Assembly (NCBI GenBank): GCA_034439715.1 | Contig: JAWXAY010000108.1 | Location: 1 to 20,067 of the forward strand | Direction: 5' to 3' | DNA: 20,067 nt | Source of the DNA: Pseudomonadota bacterium | Lineage (GTDB): Bacteria > Bdellovibrionota > Bdellovibrionia > Bdellovibrionales > SG-bin7 | Shown here: positions 1 to 8,083 of the stretch, piece by piece | How the letters are laid out: every line of letters starts with the position of its first letter | Position numbering within the stretch: position 1 is the stretch's first letter | Notes under the pieces: model-generated | Databases searched by the model: none | Told to the model about the DNA's origin: nothing | The model's input: only the letters and a program-made list of their open reading frames with translations | Translations under genes and position numbers: made by a program

Positions 1-1448
1 CCACTGTTTTGAATTCTAGCATCTACACCATTAAAATAATATTTCTGACCAAGGTAGCCATTTTTATAGGGACAGATGGCAACTTCGGCATCAGCATATT
101 CTAGCGAAGTCATAGAAATAGGGAAAGTTTCAAGAGTGGTGTCACCTGCCAACGAAAAACCCAAAGGACCAATCTTATTACAGTCCACGCCATCCCCACC
201 CGTTCTAATGTCGCCATCTAATCCCGTGGTATTGACAAAAACAGATACGCCATCTACGCCGTCGACACCGATGACATCTGGCAAGTAGTTCCAAGACAAA
301 GTTAAAACGCCCGAGCTATAAGTAGCTTGAATGGCGTTATAGCTACTGCTGCTAATTTTGAAAACACTCTCAAAACCAAAGGTTCTGCCTTTTCCACTGC
401 CGACGTTTTTTCCATCAATTTTTAAAATGTTGTCGTACTCGGTTCCCGTTCCGCAAATTCCAACCCCAATTGCTTTACCAACAAAGGAATTTAATCTGCG
501 CACTTTTGTAGTGACGCCCGAATTGGGATCATACCACATCGGCGTGTTGGTAGTATTATTCGTATATGCAGTATACATATTAGAAACAGACCCAGCGGTG
601 GTATTATAACAAGCCGCCCGAGGCACCGAAGCTGCACCCGGTCCAAAGAAGCCAGCGATATATCTTTCTTCGCCTCGAGTCTCAGTAGTTGGAGTCGCTC
701 CATTATTCATATAGGCTGAGATTCCAGCTGGCTGAATCAAATGCAGTAAGTGATCAGTTTGTGAGAGCGGACTAAACACCGCACCATTTAAATCCAGATT
801 AGTTCCATCAAATAAATTAAGCCCGCTATGTTTAAATCTATAACTAAAAGCAGCGCCATCGATTAGAAATAGGTTAAACCAGCCATTTATCATACTGACG
901 TCCATGATTTTCATCTTCGGACGCCCTGCAACCGGCGGCGTAAATAATAGTTCTAACTCACCCGTTGGTCCACTCGTTCCACCGACATTTAAATATCGCC
1001 CCCCGACTTGCCCTTGAACTCCACTTCCGCCTCCACTAACACTGTTAACTACAATGGTGACGCTTTCAAATTCTGCTACTAAGTCCTTTACAACGTCGCC
1101 ATAGCTAAATTCTTCGGCGCCAGATTCTGTTTCAGAAACAAGTAATATTTGGATGAGTCTTGCCGTACCTTTTGGTACATCTAGACGGACATAATCCGGA
1201 GGAGTCAGCATTGTTCCGTTATGATGTGCATCCCAGTTCCAAACGATGGGGCCGGGTAAGCCAGCGCCTTGAATGTTCACGACGATATGTGAAACATTAC
1301 TACCAATGGATTGGGCGCCAATCTTTGAGTTGTAGATATTTTTTAAAGAGAGATTAATCTGACTCGCCTTTTCTGCCTCGCGAGTGCAGCTAGTAGTTAA
1401 GAGACTTAAACAAACAACCCCGGTAACGGTCCACATTAGTTTTTTCAC
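1..1448 (-). CDS. Large beta-rich lipoprotein of unknown function, truncated by the left window edge (>482 aa)
   Basis: Hand translation: no stop from GTG 1448 (in-frame ATG at 1460) to position 1. GAGGTGG Shine-Dalgarno lies just upstream of the GTG. N-terminus MKKLMWTVTGVVCLSLLTTSC is basic residues, a hydrophobic core and a lipobox-like Cys. Body is Gly/Ser/Thr/Asn-rich (e.g. DYVRLDVPKGTARLIQILL, YIAGFFGPG, LTLSWNYLPD). Absent from the ORF track because there is no stop inside the window. Confidence 0.9.
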   Translation of the reverse strand, partial: MKKLMWTVTGVVCLSLLTTSCTREAEKASQINLSLKNIYNSKIGAQSIGSNVSHIVVNIQGAGLPGPIVWNWDAHHNGTMLTPPDYVRLDVPKGTARLIQILLVSETESGAEEFSYGDVVKDLVAEFESVTIVVNSVSGGGSGVQGQVGGRYLNVGGTSGPTGELELLFTPPVAGRPKMKIMDVSMINGWFNLFLIDGAAFSYRFKHSGLNLFDGTNLDLNGAVFSPLSQTDHLLHLIQPAGISAYMNNGATPTTETRGEERYIAGFFGPGAASVPRAACYNTTAGSVSNMYTAYTNNTTNTPMWYDPNSGVTTKVRRLNSFVGKAIGVGICGTGTEYDNILKIDGKNVGSGKGRTFGFESVFKISSSSYNAIQATYSSGVLTLSWNYLPDVIGVDGVDGVSVFVNTTGLDGDIRTGGDGVDCNKIGPLGFSLAGDTTLETFPISMTSLEYADAEVAICPYKNGYLGQKYYFNGVDARIQNS

Positions 1449-1485
1449 GTACCACCTCATAATAAAATTGCCTTACTCATAAAAT

Positions 1486-1512
1486 ATATCGGACGAAGGT
1501 CGAGCCAAGTGA
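1486..1512 (-). promoter_or_regulatory. Putative sigma28 (FliA)-type promoter of the large lipoprotein gene
   Basis: Minus strand reads TCAC-N15-TCCGATAT versus consensus TAAA-N15-GCCGATAA. Spacing is exact, the -35 match is weak. Confidence 0.5.
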
Positions 1513-1620
1513 AGGGGTTTCCAAGTCTGAAACAGACGATTATCAAAGTGAAAGTACTATTATGAGAACGATCCCAATTCGAATCAATTGCGCTATCTCG
1601 CTTGAGATTTTGTATCCAAA

Positions 1621-2712
1621 CTAACGATAGTCGTGAAGGTAATCGATATGGGTTGGCACCCAGGGATCAATTTCAATTCCATCGTGCGAAACCGCATCCC
1701 TGACATTGGCACTTTCTGAAGGAGGTACGCTAGGCTTATAATGTTGTGATATAAATTTTTGCTCTTGCAGGGGTGGCAATAATTGATCAATCGATTTTTG
1801 GCCCAATACCTGCCGCCTTACCAAACCATCAAAACTTCGCTCTATTTCTTCGCTCGTAAACTCATAATTCATAATGAGATCCTGAACCACTCGCAATACT
1901 TGTTCAATTTTAATTCTGTTATCTTGAAAGAGATCGAGCGAAGCTTGAAAAGTGTTTTCGGTGGGTACCATGCGCCGACCAAATTTGACGTAGTATTCGG
2001 GATCAGTATCGATCGCAAGGTTAATATATATTTTATCCACAGGATCGTTTTCGGGGACCTGCCTTTGTAAATCCAGTATCACCCGAAGTTGTTCACCTGT
2101 GACATGGAGACCCTTAAGAGTTTGGGTGATTTCTGTCTCGCTCAGTCGCCTTGAACAAATATCAGAATACAACGAATAGATGATCGCATCAGATTCACTA
2201 TCGTCGCCCCACAAAACTTGCCGAACATCTTCTCTTAACAATACCCGCAATTGCAGCAAGGACTGAATTTTGTAACCAATTTGTTGAGTGAGGCGCCACA
2301 TGCGTTTAGGTCTGAGGTTTTTTAAATTGTCCTTATAAAACGTACCATAAGGATAAATGCCATCGAACTGCAATTTTTCGCGAATCTTACGTTCAATTTG
2401 AGGAGGCGAGGCTGTAATAAAATAAATGGGAAAAGGCTCAGCGCCCGCACCAAAACCGCGGCTGACCGTTAGTGCCCTCACCAAGGTGGCCGTTCCTGGC
2501 ACATTTTTCTTTTGGAAGGCTTTTTCCATGATCGTTCGAGAGAGTTCTCGAAACGACCCCCAAGATGTGTCTAAATAGGTTTTATCCAGGTCCCAAACAT
2601 AGACTTCTTTGGCTTCTCGTTGCAGAGACGAAACAACGTAACTAAAATAAATTACATCTCCACAAATTTCTGCACGTAGACGCCAATCAGCCACTTTAAT
2701 CTCCCTAGACAT
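1621..2712 (-). CDS. HAD-superfamily phosphatase, App1/DUF2183-like (putative phosphatidate phosphatase)
   Basis: Motif I DxDxT (VYVWDLDKT, D41/D43), motif II IYFITASP, a motif III Lys (GYKIQSL) and motif IV LWGDDSESD, in the App1-type arrangement. Confidence 0.7.
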   Translation of the reverse strand: MSREIKVADWRLRAEICGDVIYFSYVVSSLQREAKEVYVWDLDKTYLDTSWGSFRELSRTIMEKAFQKKNVPGTATLVRALTVSRGFGAGAEPFPIYFITASPPQIERKIREKLQFDGIYPYGTFYKDNLKNLRPKRMWRLTQQIGYKIQSLLQLRVLLREDVRQVLWGDDSESDAIIYSLYSDICSRRLSETEITQTLKGLHVTGEQLRVILDLQRQVPENDPVDKIYINLAIDTDPEYYVKFGRRMVPTENTFQASLDLFQDNRIKIEQVLRVVQDLIMNYEFTSEEIERSFDGLVRRQVLGQKSIDQLLPPLQEQKFISQHYKPSVPPSESANVRDAVSHDGIEIDPWVPTHIDYLHDYR

Positions 2713-2740
2713 TATTATATCGTCATGCTACCAACTCCTC

Positions 2741-3562
2741 ATGGATTTCTGTTTGATTTCGCAATGCACTAAGCACCTTGAATTTACCAAATTTCGAAAA
2801 TGGCCCAAAAAATTGCCAGCCATTGCCTGGAAAAAACACTTGTTGTGCGCCTTTGATCGGCAAGAGCAACAAGCCGAGGGCCAGGTTGTCACCTTTGAAG
2901 ATGACTTACCTGAACTGTTGAAGTCAATTTATCCCGAGCTGAGTCTTACGGAGTTAGCTCTGCTATTTAAAAAAGCTGGTGATCTTTTTTCTGAAGTCAC
3001 TAAAACTGATGTTCTTAAAACCTATGGATTAAAGGCTAACCAAGACCTTAACTCAGTACTCGAAATTTTGCCTCGCACCCCCAACGAATTTCAAGACTTT
3101 GTTCATCATAAGAAATTGGCCGCACGCGAACTATCCCCACTTCGTGCCGTTTTCAATTTGGCCGAAATCAAAGATTTGCTGATTTCGATAGCCCTTTCAA
3201 CTCTTTCAAAATCGCAAGCCGTGAGCTTGCTCGAAATGGCTATCGAGCTTTATCTCGTGGATCGAAGCCTCACGAAGCTTCTAAAAAATGATAACGAATC
3301 ATCTCATACTTGGTTAGCGAGAATTTCTGCCTTACGTATGCCTCTCACTAAAAAATCAGATCAAGATTTTGCTTTAAAAACTTCGGCGCTCAATTGGCCC
3401 AGCCACGTGAAGGCCGAATGGATTCGTAGCGGCGATCAGTCCGGCTTACAAATTTCGCTTTTTGCCACTTCACAAGCTGACTTTAAAAAAAAGCTATTGG
3501 GAATTAATAAAATAAATGATGAACTGACAATGACACCAGAAAAATTATGGACCAACTCTTAA
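2741..3562 (+). CDS. Hypothetical helical protein (273 aa) coupled to the SPL-like gene
   Basis: Long ORF with normal composition; overlaps the next gene by 16 nt (3547-3562). No catalytic motif recognised. Confidence 0.75.
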   Translation: MDFCLISQCTKHLEFTKFRKWPKKLPAIAWKKHLLCAFDRQEQQAEGQVVTFEDDLPELLKSIYPELSLTELALLFKKAGDLFSEVTKTDVLKTYGLKANQDLNSVLEILPRTPNEFQDFVHHKKLAARELSPLRAVFNLAEIKDLLISIALSTLSKSQAVSLLEMAIELYLVDRSLTKLLKNDNESSHTWLARISALRMPLTKKSDQDFALKTSALNWPSHVKAEWIRSGDQSGLQISLFATSQADFKKKLLGINKINDELTMTPEKLWTNS

Positions 3563-4689
3563 AGAGCTTTACAAAAGTATATATCAGCAAAGACGCGGTC
3601 ACAAGTGACGCGGCTCGGAGATTTTTCGACCTAATTCCGCACGAAAAAATAGCCATTGTTTCTGAACGACCTTATCCCGAAGTGCAAGGTAGTCTGTCGG
3701 CAAGTGAATATGATCGAAGTAAGCGAGAACTTTTTTTAACACACTATCAAGGACAGTTTTTTAAAAAGTGTCCTGGTTTTAAACCAGGGCTGGTCTGTTG
3801 CAACTATTTTGTATTAAACCTGGGTCTACAATGTAATATGAATTGCTCGTATTGCTATTTGCAGTCCTATCTTAATACTCCAGTTACAACTATTTACAGT
3901 AATATCAATGACGCCCTTTCACAACTTGAACTCATCGCCCAAAAGTTTTCCGCGGAATCTTACCGTGTTGGTACGGGTGAAACTGTCGATAGTCTCAGTC
4001 TGGATGAGCTCACTCTATACTCCAGACACTTGATTTCTTTTTTTAATCGCTACCCTAAATGGGAGCTTGAGCTCAAGACCAAATCAAAATCGGTCGATCA
4101 GTTTTTGGATGTTGATCATGTTGGTAACACAGTCATCAGTTGGTCAATAAATCCCGAGCATATTATCAGCCGCGAGGAGCACGGAACCGCGAGCCTTAGC
4201 GAACGCTTTTCTGCCGCACAAAAATGTTTAAATAAAAACTTCAAAGTAAATTTTCACATTGATCCACTGATTTGGCATCCCGAGTGGCAAGACAATTATT
4301 TTGAACTTGTGGATCAAATTACTCGGCGTTTTTCTCCTCAGGATATTCCACATATTTCTTTAGGGGCTCTGCGATTTCAACCTGAACAACGGCACATTAT
4401 GCGCGAACGCTTCGGCATGAAAAGTTATGTTACGCGCGCGGAGGTACACCTTTCGAGTGATGGAAAGCTTCGCTATGACCTCCGGCTCAGAAATGAAATG
4501 TTTACTGCCATTATCAATCGCTTTAAGAGTCAAAACTCCGCTTGGAATGTTATAATGTGCATGGAGACTCCCGAGACCTGGCTTGCTCATCAGGGTATTA
4601 ATCCACGTTCAAATGAAAGCATGAACCCATTATTTAGACCTTTAAAAGGCGAGCAAAAGGTAAGCCATCATACCCATAATCCAAGCTAA
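3547..4689 (+). CDS. Spore photoproduct lyase (SplB)-family radical SAM protein
   Basis: CxxxCxxC followed by YLQ (C96NMNC100SYC103YLQ), plus family-typical segments LKTKS, SWSINPE, EHGTASLSERFSAA, FHIDPLIWHPEW and DGKLRY. Confidence 0.9.
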   Translation: MDQLLKSFTKVYISKDAVTSDAARRFFDLIPHEKIAIVSERPYPEVQGSLSASEYDRSKRELFLTHYQGQFFKKCPGFKPGLVCCNYFVLNLGLQCNMNCSYCYLQSYLNTPVTTIYSNINDALSQLELIAQKFSAESYRVGTGETVDSLSLDELTLYSRHLISFFNRYPKWELELKTKSKSVDQFLDVDHVGNTVISWSINPEHIISREEHGTASLSERFSAAQKCLNKNFKVNFHIDPLIWHPEWQDNYFELVDQITRRFSPQDIPHISLGALRFQPEQRHIMRERFGMKSYVTRAEVHLSSDGKLRYDLRLRNEMFTAIINRFKSQNSAWNVIMCMETPETWLAHQGINPRSNESMNPLFRPLKGEQKVSHHTHNPS

Positions 4690-5586
4690 AGAACTAGCTA
4701 ATGGTTTTTTTGCATTTTTCTGCGCATTTACAGATTCAAGTTCGCTAGAAATAAACTCAGGTGATATTTTTCTTTTGAGTTCTTCCTCCATGGCTAGATC
4801 TTCATTAAGACGCTTTAGTTCCGCCGGAAAGCGAACGAGATCGGCTTCATTTATCTCATTCTTATTTTTGGCACGAACCACTTCTACCAGGGCGTGTTGT
4901 GATTCTACTTTCGCAACCTTTCCCTCAGCAAAAACAGTGATTCTTCCTCCGTCAGCAAATAGGGGTTCGAGGTTTACTCTTGTCAATCGAATCCATTGAA
5001 CGGGATCACCTACTTGAATTTGACTTTGAAGTCCTATTTCAACTTTCGCGAGCTCGACTCCGTCTTGCTCATATATCGCTTGGCCAATAAGGGCATCCAC
5101 GATTTGAAAACCCTGATAGGGAAGTGTAGCCAAAAAATCATTGACCAAAGTACTAACGGCTTTACTCAGTTGCCTGGGAACGCGAACGGATTGATGAAGA
5201 TTCAATTTTTTTTTCCAAAAAAGACTCCCATCCTCGCCACTATAGACCACCATACTTAAAGTGTTCTTTTGCAAATACGTCACAACCAGGGCATGAGCAT
5301 CTAGAAGCTTTCCTAAAATAATGGCGTCGGCCGGAGACAAAGCCCCGCGCGGCTGATACACGTCTTTCTTTTGTAAAAAATATTTGCTAGCCAATAGAAA
5401 TCTGCGGTCACGAGTGAGTTGCTCCCGCATATCCCACCAAACTTGTTCTGCCACATCAGAAATTTCTTCGGGAACAAGTATCGGAAACACCACAAGGCGG
5501 CGAATGAGCCCATATTCAAGCGCATGAGAAGCACTTGGCAACCAAAGCGTGACCCAGAATGTGATACTTAAAACAACGGCCTTCAT
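4642..5586 (-). CDS. Secreted protein with a C-terminal hydrophobic anchor, possibly CsgG/FlgT-like fold
   Basis: Signal peptide MKAVVLSITFWVTLWLPSASHA|; RRLVVFP and AIILGKLLDAHALV recall the CsgG/FlgT-middle alpha/beta fold; beta-rich third part; ends KKPLASSLAWIMGMMAYLLLAF. Start could be TTG 5592, GTG 5589 or ATG 5586. The fold call is tentative. Confidence 0.7.
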   Translation of the reverse strand: MKAVVLSITFWVTLWLPSASHALEYGLIRRLVVFPILVPEEISDVAEQVWWDMREQLTRDRRFLLASKYFLQKKDVYQPRGALSPADAIILGKLLDAHALVVTYLQKNTLSMVVYSGEDGSLFWKKKLNLHQSVRVPRQLSKAVSTLVNDFLATLPYQGFQIVDALIGQAIYEQDGVELAKVEIGLQSQIQVGDPVQWIRLTRVNLEPLFADGGRITVFAEGKVAKVESQHALVEVVRAKNKNEINEADLVRFPAELKRLNEDLAMEEELKRKISPEFISSELESVNAQKNAKKPLASSLAWIMGMMAYLLLAF

Positions 5587-5595
5587 CACCAATAC

Positions 5596-5623
5596 AAATC
5601 GGCAGAATTAGGGTAGATTTTTA
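5596..5623 (-). promoter_or_regulatory. Putative sigma28-type promoter giving a nearly leaderless transcript
   Basis: Minus strand reads TAAA-N16-GCCGATTT. The -10 element ends 6 nt before GTG 5589 and no clear Shine-Dalgarno is present. Confidence 0.5.
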
Positions 5624-5693
5624 ATTTTTTTAGGGGCGAAAAGTAGACCAATAAACAGTATTGCCAGAGTTACTGGACTTCTGTCCGCAGGAC

Positions 5694-7901
5694 TTAAAAT
5701 CGAACGCTTACGCCTAATCCAATTGTGCTTCCGGAAGTGTCGGTTTGTCTAAAGAAAAGTCCCACTTTGGTCTGAGCGGTAAACTGATATCCCAGTCCCA
5801 CCCCTAGCTCAAACTCAATTTTTTCTTTATAAGAAAACTCCGGCTCAATATCTAAGGTGACTCTATCAATGATAGGAATACTCTTTCGAAGCTTAATTAT
5901 GACTTTACCGTCAGTTCTTACATAACTCAATACTTCCACATTTAAGGGTAATGTGTGTGCAAGGCCAATGAGAGCCGAGAGCTTTTTGTCCTCGTATTCA
6001 GCGCCACCCACCACAGCGGTAAAACGATTTAAGTAGCGCTTAAACAAAACGTCAGCGTTGAGAGTGTCCAGCTTATACTCATCAATTTCAAGATTGAGTT
6101 CTAAGTCCCAACGACCACCGTTAAGTTTAGCTCTGAGTTCACTTCGATTTGAGTACAATTTAACTTCTGCACTAGGATAAAAATCACTATCTTTTATCAT
6201 GTGGGGACCATGGGCTTTTTCTTCGTGCTCTAACTCACCAGGAATTTTGAATCCTTCATACTTTACTAGTCGAGCCATGCCCATCATCATATGGTAGAGG
6301 TTATGACAGTGTAGAAACCAGACGCCTGGTTCATTGGCCCTAAATTCAATTATGACTGTTTGCATAGGGGCGACGTCAACGGTATGAATGTTTGGCGAAT
6401 ACTTATCTTGGCCGTTTAGAATTCTAAAAAAATGGCCATGAAGGTGCATCGGGTGGTGCATCATGGTTTTATTACGCATAGTGAACCGCACGATCTCGTC
6501 ATAGCGAATCATTATATATTTTTCTTCAGAGAACGACTTGCCGTTTATAGTCCAGATAAATCGATTCATATCGCCATCCAGGTCTAAATCGATATTTCTT
6601 CGCGGCAATGAAGCGTCAAATGAGGTGTCAACAGGGGATTTTAACATTTTATAATTGAGCCGATTAGTCATAGGTATCGCCGCTGACATGGGAATTGGCA
6701 TAGGAGAACTGCCGCTAGCAGGAGTATGCCCGCCACCACCATGACCACCACCATGACCACCACCATCAGATTCTCCGCCGCCAGGCTCGCCGTCTCCATC
6801 GCCAGGTTCGCCGTCCCCATCGCCGGGTTCTCCACCACCATGGCCACCACCATGCCCGCCATCATGGCCACCATGATCCATTACATATGGGTTTGGTCGC
6901 AGCTTATCAGGCACTCTTTCACTTTCCTTACCTGCGCCAAACGTAATGCTGGAGTATCCCGTCACATCTTGTGCTGTAGCTCTTAGCTCCACACTTATTT
7001 TTGGGTCCTTGGGCATTTCTAATATAATATCGTATGTCTCGCCAGGTCCCATAAGCAGCTCATTGACCTTCACTGGTACTACATCCACGCCATCTTTAGA
7101 AATAACTGTAAAATTACGGAGCTGGCCAAAGTTGACATAAAAATATGTTGAAGATCCCGCATCAATAAGTCTCAATCTTACTTTCTGACCGGGCAACGCC
7201 TTTGAAAAACTTATGTTCTTTTTTCCATTTACTAGAAACGCATCATACCCCACATCGCTCAGATCCATGGCTCCCATACGAATCCACTCGCTTTTCAAAT
7301 AATCCCAAACAGAACCATGCCGAATGGCCCCAATCCAAGATGGAAAAGACTTTTTCTTAAACGCATAATAGTCGCCATCCATTTTGAGATTCCTTAAGAT
7401 CGTCGTAGGTTTCTCATTACTCCAGTCGCTAAGAACGGCCACAAGGTCGTGATCCGCGTGATTACGATGGGGGTTTTCATCTTCGATTACAATTGCTCCG
7501 TAAAGCCCACTTTGCTCTTGAAGGTCGGTGTGAGAATGGTACCAGTAGGTTCCTGTATGTCTAATTAAAAATCTAAAAGTAAATGTTTCCTTAGGTTTAA
7601 TAAGTTGTGTGTTTGAAAACTCAGGTCCGTCCATATTCCAAGGAACCAAGACGCCGTGCCAGTGCAAAGTTGTGGGCTCGTTTAATTCGTTGGTAACATT
7701 AATTACTGCCATTTCGCCTTTTTTAAATCGCAGTGTCGGTGCAGGTATACTGCCATTGATGGCAAGGGCATGATCGACTTTTACACCCGTAAAATTGACG
7801 GAGAAATTATGTATTTTAAGATTATAAACTCTATCGGTTCTCGCAAAAACAGAGGTACAGAACAAAAAAACAAACGCCCAAGAAATTCGTGATTGCGGCA
7901 T
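5694..7901 (-). CDS. Multicopper oxidase (CopA/PcoA-type, three cupredoxin domains) with a His/Gly/acidic insert and a C-terminal CopB-like beta-barrel
   Basis: All four copper motifs are present: LHWHG, YWYHSH, HHPMHLHGH and HCHNLYHMMMGM (axial Met). Sec-type signal peptide ending VFA|. The last ~163 aa alternate hydrophobic and polar residues and end GLGVSVRF. Confidence 0.95.
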   Translation of the reverse strand: MPQSRISWAFVFLFCTSVFARTDRVYNLKIHNFSVNFTGVKVDHALAINGSIPAPTLRFKKGEMAVINVTNELNEPTTLHWHGVLVPWNMDGPEFSNTQLIKPKETFTFRFLIRHTGTYWYHSHTDLQEQSGLYGAIVIEDENPHRNHADHDLVAVLSDWSNEKPTTILRNLKMDGDYYAFKKKSFPSWIGAIRHGSVWDYLKSEWIRMGAMDLSDVGYDAFLVNGKKNISFSKALPGQKVRLRLIDAGSSTYFYVNFGQLRNFTVISKDGVDVVPVKVNELLMGPGETYDIILEMPKDPKISVELRATAQDVTGYSSITFGAGKESERVPDKLRPNPYVMDHGGHDGGHGGGHGGGEPGDGDGEPGDGDGEPGGGESDGGGHGGGHGGGGHTPASGSSPMPIPMSAAIPMTNRLNYKMLKSPVDTSFDASLPRRNIDLDLDGDMNRFIWTINGKSFSEEKYIMIRYDEIVRFTMRNKTMMHHPMHLHGHFFRILNGQDKYSPNIHTVDVAPMQTVIIEFRANEPGVWFLHCHNLYHMMMGMARLVKYEGFKIPGELEHEEKAHGPHMIKDSDFYPSAEVKLYSNRSELRAKLNGGRWDLELNLEIDEYKLDTLNADVLFKRYLNRFTAVVGGAEYEDKKLSALIGLAHTLPLNVEVLSYVRTDGKVIIKLRKSIPIIDRVTLDIEPEFSYKEKIEFELGVGLGYQFTAQTKVGLFFRQTDTSGSTIGLGVSVRF
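6726..6881 (-). repeat. Coding low-complexity repeat: GGH units, (GEPGDGD)x2.5, GGGH units
   Basis: Encodes MDHGGHDGGHGGGHGGGEPGDGDGEPGDGDGEPGGGESDGGGHGGGHGGGGH; 12-nt units (ccaccaccatgN) and degenerate 21-nt units at 6780-6833. Confidence 0.95.
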
Positions 7902-7953
7902 AGTACTCTCCAGTGGCTAACTTAAGGGAATTACGCGATTTAGTAATCTATTT

Positions 7954-7969
7954 AGCAATTCAGGTGCCA
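7954..7969 (-). promoter_or_regulatory. Sigma54 (RpoN) -24/-12 promoter of the multicopper oxidase
   Basis: Minus strand reads TGGCAC-CTGAA-TTGCT, a perfect match to TGGCAC-N5-TTGCW, 52 nt upstream of the ATG in intergenic DNA. GGAG Shine-Dalgarno precedes the ATG. Confidence 0.85.
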
Positions 7970-8060
7970 AGTGATCTCGCTATCTTTAGGGGAAAGCCTC
8001 AGCTGAATCTTCTATCTTCGCTGCAAATACCTTTATTTTTAAATTTAAATAATTCGATGT

Positions 8061-8083
8061 AATTTCAAGCCTCAATTTGTCAT
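8061..8083. promoter_or_regulatory. Putative activator-binding site, copy 1 (AATTTCAAGCCTCAATTTGTCAT)
   Basis: 19/23 ungapped identity to 19906-19928; both copies lie upstream of a sigma54 promoter in the same orientation. Confidence 0.5.

Noticed and set aside
76..1357. Short track ORFs 76-288, 358-609, 491-703 and 1160-1357
   Set aside because: They are antisense or off-frame shadows of the long minus-strand lipoprotein frame 1-1448.
1500..1537. TCGAGCCAAG at 1500-1509 (identical to 19910-19919) and the palindrome GTCTG-AAA-CAGAC at 1525-1537
   Set aside because: Both are too short to separate from chance, and the first lacks the ATTTGTCAT half of the shared motif.
5206..5214. T9 homopolymer (A9 on the coding strand) as a phase-variation tract
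   Set aside because: The frame is intact (WKKKL) and A/T runs of 7-9 nt are common throughout this window.
6726..6881. Repeat cluster considered as a CRISPR array or non-coding tandem repeat
   Set aside because: Units are 12 and 21 nt, in frame, vary at codon third positions, have no unique spacers, and no cas genes are nearby.
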